Assembly: GCA_029258795.1 (NCBI GenBank)
Contig: JAPDKB010000002.1
Location: forward strand, 160,001-224,000
Source: an archaeon
GTDB taxonomy: Archaea > EX4484-52 > WAPT01
DNA: 64,000 bases
Reading direction: 5' to 3'
Part shown: piece after piece, positions 40,736-50,433 of the stretch
Numbering within the stretch: position 1 is the stretch's first letter
How the letters are laid out: each line of letters begins with the position of its first letter
Translations under genes and position numbers: made by a program
Notes under the pieces: generated by a model
Database searches by the model: none
Seen by the model: only the letters and a program-made list of their open reading frames with translations
What the model was told of the DNA's origin: nothing

Positions 40736-41065
40736 ATGGCAGGAAATGTCATCGAAATAAAAAACAAGGATGAGTTTGAAAAAGAAGTTTTGAAAGGAGA
40801 TGCTCCAGTGGTGGTGGATTTTTGGGCAGAGTGGTGCATGCCATGCAGGATGATGGCTCCTGTGCTGGAGGAGCTTGCAACAGAGATGAATGATGTGCGC
40901 TTCTTCAAGGTCAACGTGGATGAGGTGAGAGATGTTGCAATGGAGTATGGTATAATGAGCATACCGACTTTCATAGTTTTCAAAGGTGGGAAGGAAGCCG
41001 GCAGGATCGTGGGAGCAATGCCGAAGGATGTGTTCAGGAAGAAGTTGGAGGAATTGCTGCAGTGA
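40736..41065 (+). CDS. trxA: Thioredoxin
   Basis: VVDFWAEWCMPC and SIPT motifs. Confidence 0.95.
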   Translation: MAGNVIEIKNKDEFEKEVLKGDAPVVVDFWAEWCMPCRMMAPVLEELATEMNDVRFFKVNVDEVRDVAMEYGIMSIPTFIVFKGGKEAGRIVGAMPKDVFRKKLEELLQ

Positions 41066-41139
41066 TATGGTTTAATTTTTAAAAGTGCACACTCACAACT
41101 AATTCTTATTCAGCAGAATAAAACGAGCAGGTGGTGAAG

Positions 41140-41718
41140 ATGGCGGAAGAGGTTGTAATACTTGCGGGCGTGCCTGGAGCAGGGAAAACAAGCGTTGCGG
41201 AACTCGCAATTAAAGAAATGGGCGAGAAAGGGAAGGAATACAAGATAGTCAATTTTGGAGATGTACTCTTCGAGCTGATGAAGAAGGATGGTGTGGTGGA
41301 GCACAAGGATGAGATAAGGGCCAAGGTTGATCAGGCGACGTATGTGAAATACCAGAAAGCTGCTGCCGAAAAGATAGCACAGGAGGAAGGAAAGGTCATA
41401 GTCACCACCCACATGTCTCTCATGACACCGTCCGGATTTTATCCTGGACTGCCCACCTACGTGCTGGAAAGGCTAAAACCGAGCAGGATAATCATAATTG
41501 AGGCTCCTCCCGAAGACATAAGAAAAAGGCAGGAGGAAGATACAACCAGAGTTAGGGGTTATGATTTTGAAAAGGACATTGAAACTTATCAGGAGTTCAA
41601 CAGAATGTATGCTGTGGCTTATTCGGCTATGAGTGGAGCACGACTCAAAATAATCCAGAACCTGCAGGGGAAGCTGAAGGAAGCTGCTGAGGAGTTCGTC
41701 AGGGCGCTTGAATTGTGA
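41140..41718 (+). CDS. adkA: Adenylate kinase (archaeal AdkA)
   Basis: GVPGAGKT, NFGD, TPSGFYPGLP. Confidence 0.93.
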   Translation: MAEEVVILAGVPGAGKTSVAELAIKEMGEKGKEYKIVNFGDVLFELMKKDGVVEHKDEIRAKVDQATYVKYQKAAAEKIAQEEGKVIVTTHMSLMTPSGFYPGLPTYVLERLKPSRIIIIEAPPEDIRKRQEEDTTRVRGYDFEKDIETYQEFNRMYAVAYSAMSGARLKIIQNLQGKLKEAAEEFVRALEL

Positions 41719-41739
41719 TGAGTGCTGGAGGTGGTTGTC

Positions 41740-42804
41740 ATGGCGGTTAAAGATTATGTGATTCAACTTTCCAACCTTCCGGGGGTTTCCGGTAGGGAGA
41801 AGGAGGTTAGAGAGTACATAAAGAAGGAGCTGGGAAAGTACTGCCAAAATGTTGAGGAGGACAGTTTGGGTAACGTTATCGCGAGAATCGGAAAGGGGGA
41901 TTTCAAAATAATGGTTGCAGCGCACATGGATGAGATAGGTATGGCTGTAAAGTACATCGATGAGAAGGGATTCATCAAGTTCACAACAATAGGCGGCATT
42001 TTTGACCAGACGCTTCTCAACCAGAGGGTTGTGGTGCACACAAGGAAGGGGAAGATCGTGGGTGTGATTGGTTGCAAACCACCCCACTTGATGAAGGATG
42101 AAGAAAGAAAGAAGGCCGTTGAAGTGGAGGACATGTTCATCGATGTTGGCGCTAAAGACAGGAAGAATGCGGAGAAGATGGGTATAGAGATTGGCAACCC
42201 GGTAACCATCATGATTGAAGCGGTGGAGATGGCGAACAACAAGCTCACGGGTAAGGCGTTCGATAACAGGGTTGGTTGTGCTGTGCTGCTGGAGCTTGCA
42301 AAGAAGCTCAGCAGGAAGAAGCCAAAAGCCACAATATATTTCGTTGCAACAACCCAGGAAGAGGTGGGGCTGAAAGGAGCAAGGGTGGCAGCGTTCCGCA
42401 TCAACCCAGATATTGCTCTCGCCATAGATACTTGTGTTGCGGGAGATCATCCTGGGGTGAAGGAGGAGGAAGCACCTGTCAAGATGGGTAAAGGTCCGGC
42501 AATAACTCTAATAGATGGTGGCGGCTACGGACTGATAGCCCCTGAAAAGCTGGTGGACGCTGTAAAAACCATAGCAGAAAAGAAAAAAATTCCGTATCAG
42601 CTGGAAGTTGCAGAAGGAGGCACCACCGATGCCACAATCATAAACCTTACCAGAGAGGGCATACCTGCCACCACCATCTCAATTCCAGCCAGATACATCC
42701 ACAGCCCTGTGGAAATGATAGACATAAGTGACGCGGAAAATGCCGTCAAGCTGCTTGAGGCAGTGGTGGAAAATGCCGAGGAGCTGAAGAGAGCACTCAG
42801 TTAA
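41740..42804 (+). CDS. M42 family aminopeptidase (TET)
   Basis: AAHMDEIG, KAFDNR, QEEVGLKGA, GGTTDA, RYIHS. Confidence 0.95.
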   Translation: MAVKDYVIQLSNLPGVSGREKEVREYIKKELGKYCQNVEEDSLGNVIARIGKGDFKIMVAAHMDEIGMAVKYIDEKGFIKFTTIGGIFDQTLLNQRVVVHTRKGKIVGVIGCKPPHLMKDEERKKAVEVEDMFIDVGAKDRKNAEKMGIEIGNPVTIMIEAVEMANNKLTGKAFDNRVGCAVLLELAKKLSRKKPKATIYFVATTQEEVGLKGARVAAFRINPDIALAIDTCVAGDHPGVKEEEAPVKMGKGPAITLIDGGGYGLIAPEKLVDAVKTIAEKKKIPYQLEVAEGGTTDATIINLTREGIPATTISIPARYIHSPVEMIDISDAENAVKLLEAVVENAEELKRALS

Positions 42805-42811
42805 GCTTTGT

Positions 42812-43447
42812 TTACCTCAACACCGCAACGACCGTAGTTTTATCGTCTCTATAGCTCCTCTCCTTTTTCTCTGCAAGTTTCACAAGCTCCCTGCAGATAT
42901 GAGAAGCTTCTCTCGCCTTGCTCACCACACTGGCGATATCTTCTGGCTTGAGAATCGAGCTTATTCCATCTGTGGCAAGCACCACAACATCTCCTTTCTC
43001 AAGCTCAACCTTTCTTTCATGCACCCTTATGTGCTCTTCTCCAATCGCCTGAAGCAGCACACCACCGCGCAAATCTTCAAGCGTGGTGAGCATTTTCGCC
43101 TTCCCATCTCGTATCAGATAAGCCATGCTGTCTCCAACCCAGCAGAGCTCCGCAGCGTTGTTTTTTATCAGCATTGCGGTTATGGTCGTGTATCCACACT
43201 CCCTCATCTTCCTCGCTCTGTTAACCAGCTGATTCACATGCAGAATGGCATCGCCTAACTTTCCGTACTTTCTGACCGCATCTGGCAGGAGCTTTCCAAC
43301 AAGTCTGGCCGCTTCTCCTCCACCCGCGGGAATGGAAACACCGTCCATGACAGCATAAAGGTTGAGAGCAGCATCAACAACATAAGTGTCTTCATTCTCC
43401 ATATGATCCTTGCCCTTGACGCTTATCGCTGCATGCTCGAGTATCAC
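42812..43447 (-). CDS. PP2C/PPM-family Ser/Thr protein phosphatase
   Basis: NED, AVMDG, TT, VGDS..Y, LATDG, DDKT. Confidence 0.88.
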   Translation of the reverse strand: MILEHAAISVKGKDHMENEDTYVVDAALNLYAVMDGVSIPAGGGEAARLVGKLLPDAVRKYGKLGDAILHVNQLVNRARKMRECGYTTITAMLIKNNAAELCWVGDSMAYLIRDGKAKMLTTLEDLRGGVLLQAIGEEHIRVHERKVELEKGDVVVLATDGISSILKPEDIASVVSKAREASHICRELVKLAEKKERSYRDDKTTVVAVLR

Positions 43448-43531
43448 AATTATTCATTCCGACTACACATCATTTAAATTTTAACTGCAAAAATGAAACA
43501 TTAATCGCAATTTTCAAAGGATGTGGTGGGT

Positions 43532-43840
43532 ATGTCAAGTAAAAAAATTAAAAGCGTGGAAGAAATGATATCCATCCTGAAAAAGCATGAGAAACATCTA
43601 AGGGAGGAATATGGAGTCAAATCCATAGGCATCTTTGGATCTGCGGTTCGAGGAGAGCTGAAAGAAGATAGTGATATAGATGTTCTCGTGGAGTTCGAAA
43701 GCCCGATCAGCCTTTTCAAATTCTTGGAGCTTGAAGAGTACTTGGAGAAAATTCTGGGAAGAAAGGTTGATCTCGTCTCCAAAAAAGCTTTGAAACCGAA
43801 CATCGGAAAACGAATCCTCAGAGAGGTAGTTTCCGTATGA
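43532..43840 (+). CDS. MNT nucleotidyltransferase antitoxin
   Basis: FGSAVRGE...DSDIDVLVEF, KVDLV. Confidence 0.92.
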   Translation: MSSKKIKSVEEMISILKKHEKHLREEYGVKSIGIFGSAVRGELKEDSDIDVLVEFESPISLFKFLELEEYLEKILGRKVDLVSKKALKPNIGKRILREVVSV

Positions 43841-44181
43841 GTGATAGAACCTATAAAGATTATGTTCTTGATATACTCAATTCAATCGAGGAGATTGAGG
43901 AATTCATTAGAGGGATGGACTTCGAGGACTTCGTTAATGATAGAAAAACAATCAATGCTGTGCTGCGAAGCTTAGAAGTCATGGGTGAAGCTGCTAAAAA
44001 GATCCCAGAAGAAGTAAAAAAGAACCATTCATCAATCCCATGGAAACAGATGGCTGGGATGAGAGATAAACTAATCCACGAATATCACGGTGTAGATTTG
44101 GAGATTGTCTGGGAGGTGATAGATAAAGAAATCCCAGCTCTAAAACCTGAATTTGAAAAAATACTTGAAGAGATCGAATAA
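43837..44181 (+). CDS. HEPN (DUF86) ribonuclease toxin
   Basis: GEAAK, IPW..MAGMRDKLIHEY (Rx4H); ATGA overlap with the MNT gene. Confidence 0.92.
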   Translation: MSDRTYKDYVLDILNSIEEIEEFIRGMDFEDFVNDRKTINAVLRSLEVMGEAAKKIPEEVKKNHSSIPWKQMAGMRDKLIHEYHGVDLEIVWEVIDKEIPALKPEFEKILEEIE

Positions 44182-44191
44182 CCAAGAAAAG

Positions 44192-44926
44192 TTAAATCAG
44201 CCCTCTTCTCCGCATATTCCTCTCGACAAAAGGATAGGGCTCCAGGTATTCAAGCTCTATGTCGTGGAGGGAGAAGCCCGAAACTTTCAGAATCTCAGCA
44301 AGTTTCTGAACATTTTCCATGCCGAAGACATCAAACATGACGGCAGGCCAAACTTTCACGTGAGATTCCTTTAGCTTCCTTAGAGCTTCGATCTGCAGGT
44401 GGAAGTACTCGCCTTTTGCTCCTGAAATTCTCTCAAAACTCTCCTCATCCCAACCCTTGACAGAGATTCTGACCATGAGATTTCTCACGCCTGATAAGAG
44501 CTCGTGGACATCATCGCTTTGCCCTATCATGATTCCATTCGTCTCCAGGATGAACCGCGCTTTCTTTCCGCAGCTGCTGGCCACGCCATCCACCACATTT
44601 ACCACATGCACCGCACTTTTAACTCCAAGCACCGGCTCGGCTCCACTAATTCTGAAAAGAGCTCTGCCGTGCTTTTCCGCAAGCGCAACCAGCTTGGATG
44701 CAACGCCCTGAGAAGAGTAAAAGGCCCCGTGCTTCTCCGGATGAAGATTGCGATAATAGTTCCAGCAGTACGCACAAAGCAGGTTGCAGCCCATGGCATC
44801 GGCTGTGGCTATCCCTCCATAATACGGAGCGAATCTGAAGCGATAGTACTTCCTCCTTCCTCTCTCATCCATCACAATGCTCTCCACTTTTCTTGCCCTT
44901 TCCACCGGGTCAAACGGAATTAGCAT
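44192..44926 (-). CDS. Radical SAM protein
   Basis: CNLLCAYC (CxxxCxxC), ISGAEP, ETNG. Confidence 0.9.
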   Translation of the reverse strand: MLIPFDPVERARKVESIVMDERGRRKYYRFRFAPYYGGIATADAMGCNLLCAYCWNYYRNLHPEKHGAFYSSQGVASKLVALAEKHGRALFRISGAEPVLGVKSAVHVVNVVDGVASSCGKKARFILETNGIMIGQSDDVHELLSGVRNLMVRISVKGWDEESFERISGAKGEYFHLQIEALRKLKESHVKVWPAVMFDVFGMENVQKLAEILKVSGFSLHDIELEYLEPYPFVERNMRRRGLI

Positions 44927-44938
44927 TTTTCCACCATC

Positions 44939-45544
44939 TCAAAACTCCGCCTTATCAAGTAACCCGCTTTTTTCCAGAAAGCAGATCACGATCTCCTTAA
45001 CCTTTTCAGCCGGGGCATGCTCCACATTGAGGACAAGGTCAAACACCTCCAGCTCTTTTCCCAGCGTGAATCCGTAGATTTTTTTGTAGAGCTCGACGTT
45101 CTCCCTGTCTCGCTTCTTAACATACTCCATAGCATCTTCCAAGCTTATGCCGTCTCTTCTGCTTATCCTCTCAGCCCTTGTTTTCTGGCTTGCCTGCAAC
45201 CATATCTTTATCCCTTTTCCCCACACCCAAGGTAGCGCCCAGGACGTTATGGTGCAGTTGCCCTTTTTAGCCCTCTCTATGAGCATCTCATCAAGTTTTT
45301 TATCAAAGTTAGGATCCTCCTTTCTTTTCCTCAGAAACTCCATACCTTCAGGAGTTTCCCACCAGTTTTCTGTTGGCTCGTAACCTTCCTGCCTCGCAAT
45401 TTCCTTCAGCATGTCCCCTCCACACACGTAATCAATGCCGTAATGATCAGCAAGAGCTTTTGCAAGTGTGGATTTACCCACACCGGCCATTCCGCTTATG
45501 ATGATGGGAGGGATAATTCTCTTTGTTTCACTCACAATGATCAC
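44939..45544 (-). CDS. cmk: Cytidylate kinase (archaeal type)
   Basis: ISGMAGVGKST, IWLQAS...RAERI..RD, Y..IYG, FDLV. Confidence 0.85.
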   Translation of the reverse strand: MIIVSETKRIIPPIIISGMAGVGKSTLAKALADHYGIDYVCGGDMLKEIARQEGYEPTENWWETPEGMEFLRKRKEDPNFDKKLDEMLIERAKKGNCTITSWALPWVWGKGIKIWLQASQKTRAERISRRDGISLEDAMEYVKKRDRENVELYKKIYGFTLGKELEVFDLVLNVEHAPAEKVKEIVICFLEKSGLLDKAEF

Positions 45545-47103
45545 CCCTCAGCAACCCTCTTTTTAACAGCTTCCTTTATCTTTTCATGCATTTCCTCTTC
45601 TGCCCTGAAGCTGTATGCAACATCATGACCTCCCGGTTCAGCAATGCCCTCAATCTCCTCTTTCAGCATGTTCCCAAGCACATCCTTCGCAAAGAATTCT
45701 GATGCCTTACCCTCATCCACCCGCACTATAACATTCTCACCCACAAAACAGAAGAGAGCCACACTCTTACCTTTCTCTTCCTTCAGCTTTTCGAAGAGCA
45801 GCCCTGTGCTTCTTCCCGCAGGAGGATACTGCCATCCCTTCCCCTTGAGCTCGGAGAACGCCACAACAATGTCCTTTCCCTCCACAACTTCCAAGGATGA
45901 TGACATCTCACCCATCCTGCTCTCGATCATGCTGCTGATGGTTGGGTAAAGAACATCCACCATTTCCTTAAACCTCTCATCCCTAAGCATTCTCTCCACA
46001 AACAAAACATCCAGCCTCGTGTTAAGAACCGTGATTACGTAATCAAGAACCCATCTCACCTTTTCCACAAATTCTTCCCCCCAGACCTCCTTAGCTTTTT
46101 CCACAATTTCCTCAGCCCTTTCTCCCTTGCTCTTATCCGCGATGACGGCTAGAGCGCAGATAAGCAAATCGTGTTCATCAGGATTATTGACCAGCTCCAG
46201 CATTTCATAGAGAATCAAGGCGGTGTTCTCATTCTTATCTCCACCCCAGAGATAGGGGTTCAGGACAGAGTTCACAACATCTTCCACATTTTCGTCAGGA
46301 GGGTGGTGGTCAACCACCACAACTTTGAAACCATCGGCACGAGCCAGTTTTAGCGCATCAACATCATCTTTAGTTGAGCCGTTGTCAAGGATGACAAGCA
46401 CGGTATTTTCTGCTTCCCCTCCCAAACTCTGCATGTCCAGCAAAGCATCCTCAATAGTATAGGATGGCTTCCTCATCCCGAAAAACCTGATTTGCGGAGA
46501 TTTCACCTTCAGTTTTTTGCTCATTATTTCGACAAGCTTTCCGAATAAGAGCGCGGAGGCAACACCGTCAAGGTCAAGATGGTACTTGACAACGAACATC
46601 TTGTTCTTTTCCACACATTCAAGCAGAACAGATATTGATTTTCTCAAAAGCTCCGCTTTTTTGCCTTCACACCCCCCTACAACGGAAGCCATAATTTCAT
46701 TCTTAACACTTTCTTTTCCTTTTTCCAGTTCCTCAAGAAATTTCTCCGCTTCCTCTTTGCTCGCTTTTTCAGCTCCGACCAGCACGAAGGAGGGAATGTT
46801 CTTTTTTTCATCCCAACCTTTCAGTATTTGAGCAACAATAACATCCCCCCTATTTATCTCCGGAAAAGCCCTGATGCCCCTGCCCTGAAAAGCCGCAGTC
46901 ATGATACTGCCTGTGTTGTCCTCAAGCCGGAAGAGTGTGGGCCCCTTCGTCTCCCTCACAGAAACAACTTTAGCCACCACTGTATAGGTCTTTCCCAGTC
47001 CTTCGTCATTTTTCAAGGTCTCGATGGTGACCTTTTCTTGAGATTTTAAACTTTCCTTCGGCACAGAATCTTCGGGTTTTGACATATTGGGTTTGTTTTC
47101 CAT
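45541..47103 (-). CDS. RecJ-like DHH phosphoesterase with N-terminal OB fold
   Basis: OB fold (GPTLF..ED), H.DLDG, LDNGS, VDHH, GGH; start moved downstream to avoid overlap with the next gene. Confidence 0.85.
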   Translation of the reverse strand: MENKPNMSKPEDSVPKESLKSQEKVTIETLKNDEGLGKTYTVVAKVVSVRETKGPTLFRLEDNTGSIMTAAFQGRGIRAFPEINRGDVIVAQILKGWDEKKNIPSFVLVGAEKASKEEAEKFLEELEKGKESVKNEIMASVVGGCEGKKAELLRKSISVLLECVEKNKMFVVKYHLDLDGVASALLFGKLVEIMSKKLKVKSPQIRFFGMRKPSYTIEDALLDMQSLGGEAENTVLVILDNGSTKDDVDALKLARADGFKVVVVDHHPPDENVEDVVNSVLNPYLWGGDKNENTALILYEMLELVNNPDEHDLLICALAVIADKSKGERAEEIVEKAKEVWGEEFVEKVRWVLDYVITVLNTRLDVLFVERMLRDERFKEMVDVLYPTISSMIESRMGEMSSSLEVVEGKDIVVAFSELKGKGWQYPPAGRSTGLLFEKLKEEKGKSVALFCFVGENVIVRVDEGKASEFFAKDVLGNMLKEEIEGIAEPGGHDVAYSFRAEEEMHEKIKEAVKKRVAEG

Positions 47104-47137
47104 ACATAGTTTGGTTAGGTGAAAAATTTTAAAGAAA

Positions 47138-47998
47138 TCAGCTCCAGTCAGCCAGCGATTTTCTATGTTGCTCATCCTTACCTTCACTTCCTTCCACTAC
47201 ATCCTTCAGCTTGATCTCTTGAAAGTCCCGTGCGGCTATCGTTTTCACCCCCGTCTCTTCGGTTATACGCTTCGCAACCTCCCACGGCATACTCCTGAGC
47301 ATCTCCATGCCGAAATGCTGCAGCACCGCAAGCTTTGGCTTCGCATGCCTGATTATCTCAAGCGCATCCTCGCTATCCATGTGCTTCGAGAATTCTACAT
47401 CCTGCCCTTTGTACGGATTCTGGTTGAAAAGGCAGTTAAGGATAAGGACGTCACACCCCTTAAACTGGCTGCCGATGTTATCAAAATAAATCGTGTCTCC
47501 AGTGTAACCAATCACATACTTATCGCTCTCTATCCTGAAACCCACCGCTTTAGGGTCTGTGTGTAGCGCTTTAGTGGCTGCAATTTTCACGTTCCCGACT
47601 TCCACTTCATCTCCAGCATTAACCACAAAATACTTCTCCAGCGCGTTCAGATGGTAGTCTGTTGTAATCCGTTCAACTCTTTTACCATTATTCTCATAAC
47701 CCTCAATGGCCGAAACGTTCCCGATGAGCACACCTCTCTTTTTGGTTATGCCGTTCGTCATAGCCTCTATCATAACGTTGGCATCATTGCAATGATCTAT
47801 GTGTGCATGCGAAACAAGCAACGCATTGAGTTTTCTCAGAGGCAGGTTATGTCTGGTGGCATGAACAAGCGCGCCGGGGCCGGGATCAATGTAGAGTCGG
47901 GTGTCATCCATCTCAATGTAAATTCCGCCTGTTGCTCTCAGCTGCGTTATCAGAACGAATCTTCCGCCACCCGTCCCCATGAACTTTATGAAGTCCAT
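47138..47998 (-). CDS. MBL-fold metallo-hydrolase
   Basis: GTGGGRF, DPGPG, SHAHIDH, YTGDT, HFG. Confidence 0.9.
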   Translation of the reverse strand: MDFIKFMGTGGGRFVLITQLRATGGIYIEMDDTRLYIDPGPGALVHATRHNLPLRKLNALLVSHAHIDHCNDANVMIEAMTNGITKKRGVLIGNVSAIEGYENNGKRVERITTDYHLNALEKYFVVNAGDEVEVGNVKIAATKALHTDPKAVGFRIESDKYVIGYTGDTIYFDNIGSQFKGCDVLILNCLFNQNPYKGQDVEFSKHMDSEDALEIIRHAKPKLAVLQHFGMEMLRSMPWEVAKRITEETGVKTIAARDFQEIKLKDVVEGSEGKDEQHRKSLADWS

Positions 47999-48029
47999 GG
48001 GAGAAGATAGTGGTCAGTGTTTTAAAAAT

Positions 48030-48824
48030 TTATTCGGTCAGGGATTGCTTCAGAAACTCTCTGATGATCCATGCAACAGTCCTGCTTGAAACGTGCGATT
48101 CCACCAGCGGGTTAAGCTCAACAACATCCATACCAGCGAGATTTTTAAAGCGCTTTATCACGGAAACAATGTCCTCAACTTTCAATCCAGCTGGAACCGG
48201 GTCAGCAACCCCCGGCATGATGGAAGGATCGAGCACATCAACATCCAAGCTGATGTAGGTCGGCATCTCAGCATCCAGCTCTTCCAGTTCCACCAGCTTC
48301 AGCTCTTCCAGCCCGTTCATTTCCTCCCTCACACCCATGACGGCAATTTTAACGTTATTCAGTTCCGCTATCCTTTTCAGCACGGTTGCATGGCTCAACT
48401 TCAGGCCCATATATTCATCGTAAGCATCGCCATGTGCGTCCATGAAAACGAGCTGCAAATTATCCAGCTTGCTGGCGAGAAATTTAACCATACCGTAAGT
48501 TATGGTGTGCTCTCCACCCAGCACGAGAAGCTTAGCATTGTTATTCTTACTCCATATCTCCTGAAGAACATCCTCCAACTTTTCCATCGTCTTCTCCACA
48601 CTTCCGTGCACTACTACAACATCTCCTGCATCGTAAAGCGTATCAGCGATTCGCTCGTTCACATCCATAGAGAGCAGGGCTTTTCTGATCTCAAGCGGTG
48701 CAAGCCTCTGTCCCGGCAGCGTGGTTTCGGTGGTATCGAAGGGCACACCAAGAACGATAACCCTTGCGTTTTCTATATCTTCTCTCTCACTCACCAGAAA
48801 GTTTCTTGTGGTGTTGAGGAGCAT
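48030..48824 (-). CDS. speB: Agmatinase/ureohydrolase family protein
   Basis: GVPFD, GGEH, DAHGD, SHAT, DVDVLDP, VELNP. Confidence 0.85.
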   Translation of the reverse strand: MLLNTTRNFLVSEREDIENARVIVLGVPFDTTETTLPGQRLAPLEIRKALLSMDVNERIADTLYDAGDVVVVHGSVEKTMEKLEDVLQEIWSKNNNAKLLVLGGEHTITYGMVKFLASKLDNLQLVFMDAHGDAYDEYMGLKLSHATVLKRIAELNNVKIAVMGVREEMNGLEELKLVELEELDAEMPTYISLDVDVLDPSIMPGVADPVPAGLKVEDIVSVIKRFKNLAGMDVVELNPLVESHVSSRTVAWIIREFLKQSLTE

Positions 48825-48914
48825 GATCTCACCTCATTCACACTTTTCATTGAAAGTATTTTAAAATATTCACCATAAAATAATAAATCGATGAGGTCGA
48901 ATCGAGCCGGGTGA

Positions 48915-49145
48915 TTGTGGTTGGCAAGGTTGGCGAGGTGCAGTTACAGGGATTGTAATGACAATGAAGGTGGCGTGTGTTTGTTTGACGGGTATTGCGG
49001 GAATCCCCAGAGATACACCGAATATTTCAGTGATGAGAGATATGTGAGAGAAATTCTTAACCGTGCCAGAGAGGAAAGAATGAAGAGAATAGAGGAAAAC
49101 CTGAAGAAAAAGTACGGGGAAGAAATCGTAGGAAGCATACTTTAA
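48915..49145 (+). CDS. Small hypothetical protein with 4 Cys
   Basis: C..DC.....GVC....YC then a charged helix; start uncertain. Confidence 0.5.
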   Translation: MWLARLARCSYRDCNDNEGGVCLFDGYCGNPQRYTEYFSDERYVREILNRAREERMKRIEENLKKKYGEEIVGSIL

Positions 49146-49171
49146 AAATTTTCCGATTCCAACCTTGATAT

Positions 49172-49873
49172 ATGGGTGGAATGGATTTCGACCAGCAGGC
49201 ATTCAACGATTTCATCTTGGAGAACGGCATAGTTGGTTTTTTTGAGGAGCCGATAACTCTCAAATCCGGGAGGCTTTCTCACTTCTATGTCAACTGGAGA
49301 AATGTGACCGAAGACGTGTTTCTCATCGATCGGCTTGCCGATTTCATCATAAGCTTCGTGAGAAGCAAAGGGCTTAAAGCGGACTGCTTTTTTGGCGTGC
49401 CTGAAGGAGCAACCAAGACCGGTATAATAGTGCAGTACAAATGGGCCAAGATGAGCGAGAACTTCGGAAAGGGAAGTCACGTTCTTCCCATGGGGCGAGG
49501 AAAGGTAAAGCAGCATGGCATGCCCAAAGACAGATTTTTTGTGGGGGCTCCGAAAGGCAGAGTGGTGGTGATAGAGGATGTCACCACGACCGGATCATCT
49601 CTGATAGAGTGGGTTAGCAAGCTGACGGAGCTTGATGCGGTGGATAGGGTAACTGCTATAGCACTCACAAACAGGATGGAAAGAAGGGATGACGGGAAGA
49701 GCGTTGCTGAAGTGCTTGCTGAGATGAACGTGCAATATCACGCGATGAGTAACGCTGTAGAGCTGCTTCCACTCGCATTTCAGAGATGGAAAAGCGAGAA
49801 AAAAGAAGAAGTGGGCAGGAAAGTGGAGGAGTACTTCAAAACTTACGGATTGGAGGAATTGAAGCTGCTGTGA
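49172..49873 (+). CDS. pyrE: Orotate phosphoribosyltransferase-like type I PRTase
   Basis: LKSGRLSHFY and VVVIEDVTTTGSS PRPP-binding loop. Confidence 0.8.
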   Translation: MGGMDFDQQAFNDFILENGIVGFFEEPITLKSGRLSHFYVNWRNVTEDVFLIDRLADFIISFVRSKGLKADCFFGVPEGATKTGIIVQYKWAKMSENFGKGSHVLPMGRGKVKQHGMPKDRFFVGAPKGRVVVIEDVTTTGSSLIEWVSKLTELDAVDRVTAIALTNRMERRDDGKSVAEVLAEMNVQYHAMSNAVELLPLAFQRWKSEKKEEVGRKVEEYFKTYGLEELKLL

Positions 49874-49926
49874 ACCTCCTGTTATTTTGAAGTAACTAAT
49901 GGAGATCTCTGAGTTTGTAGGGGTAA

Positions 49927-50328
49927 TTACTCGGACTTCTTCACCTTCACCAGCACCTTATCTCTGCCAGCCAGCACCCAGTATTCTGCTTCCGCTCCTT
50001 CCACCACATCATTCTTCAAATCTTCCGGTATGCGCAGCTCAAAAACCTCATAAGTCTCAAGGTCCATCAGCTGAGCCATATCACCCATTACCGCCACGAT
50101 CTGAGCTTTTCTCTTATCAACATTCGGGCTGGGTATTTTGGAATTTCCGGGAAGAGTAATTTCTCTCCTTCTACCATCAGCTATCCCTTCCGCTATTATC
50201 CTGCACTTAGCACTTCCGTGCTTTCCAGTGGAAGCTATCTTGAGGTCTATAACAACGCAGGGCACATTATCGATCATCACATATGTACCTTTTTTGGCCT
50301 GTTTTGCTTCTATCTGTTTCACATCCAT
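49927..50328 (-). CDS. eif5a: Translation factor aIF-5A
   Basis: STGKHGSAK hypusination loop; GAGGTGA RBS before ATG at 50328. Confidence 0.95.
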   Translation of the reverse strand: MDVKQIEAKQAKKGTYVMIDNVPCVVIDLKIASTGKHGSAKCRIIAEGIADGRRREITLPGNSKIPSPNVDKRKAQIVAVMGDMAQLMDLETYEVFELRIPEDLKNDVVEGAEAEYWVLAGRDKVLVKVKKSE

Positions 50329-50433
50329 CAATATCACCTCCTGAAACAACAGCTGAAAACATATCGAGAATTTCGATATGAGAAAGTTCACACAGGAATC
50401 TTTATAAATATTTTTGGCGCGGAAGTTTGAGTT

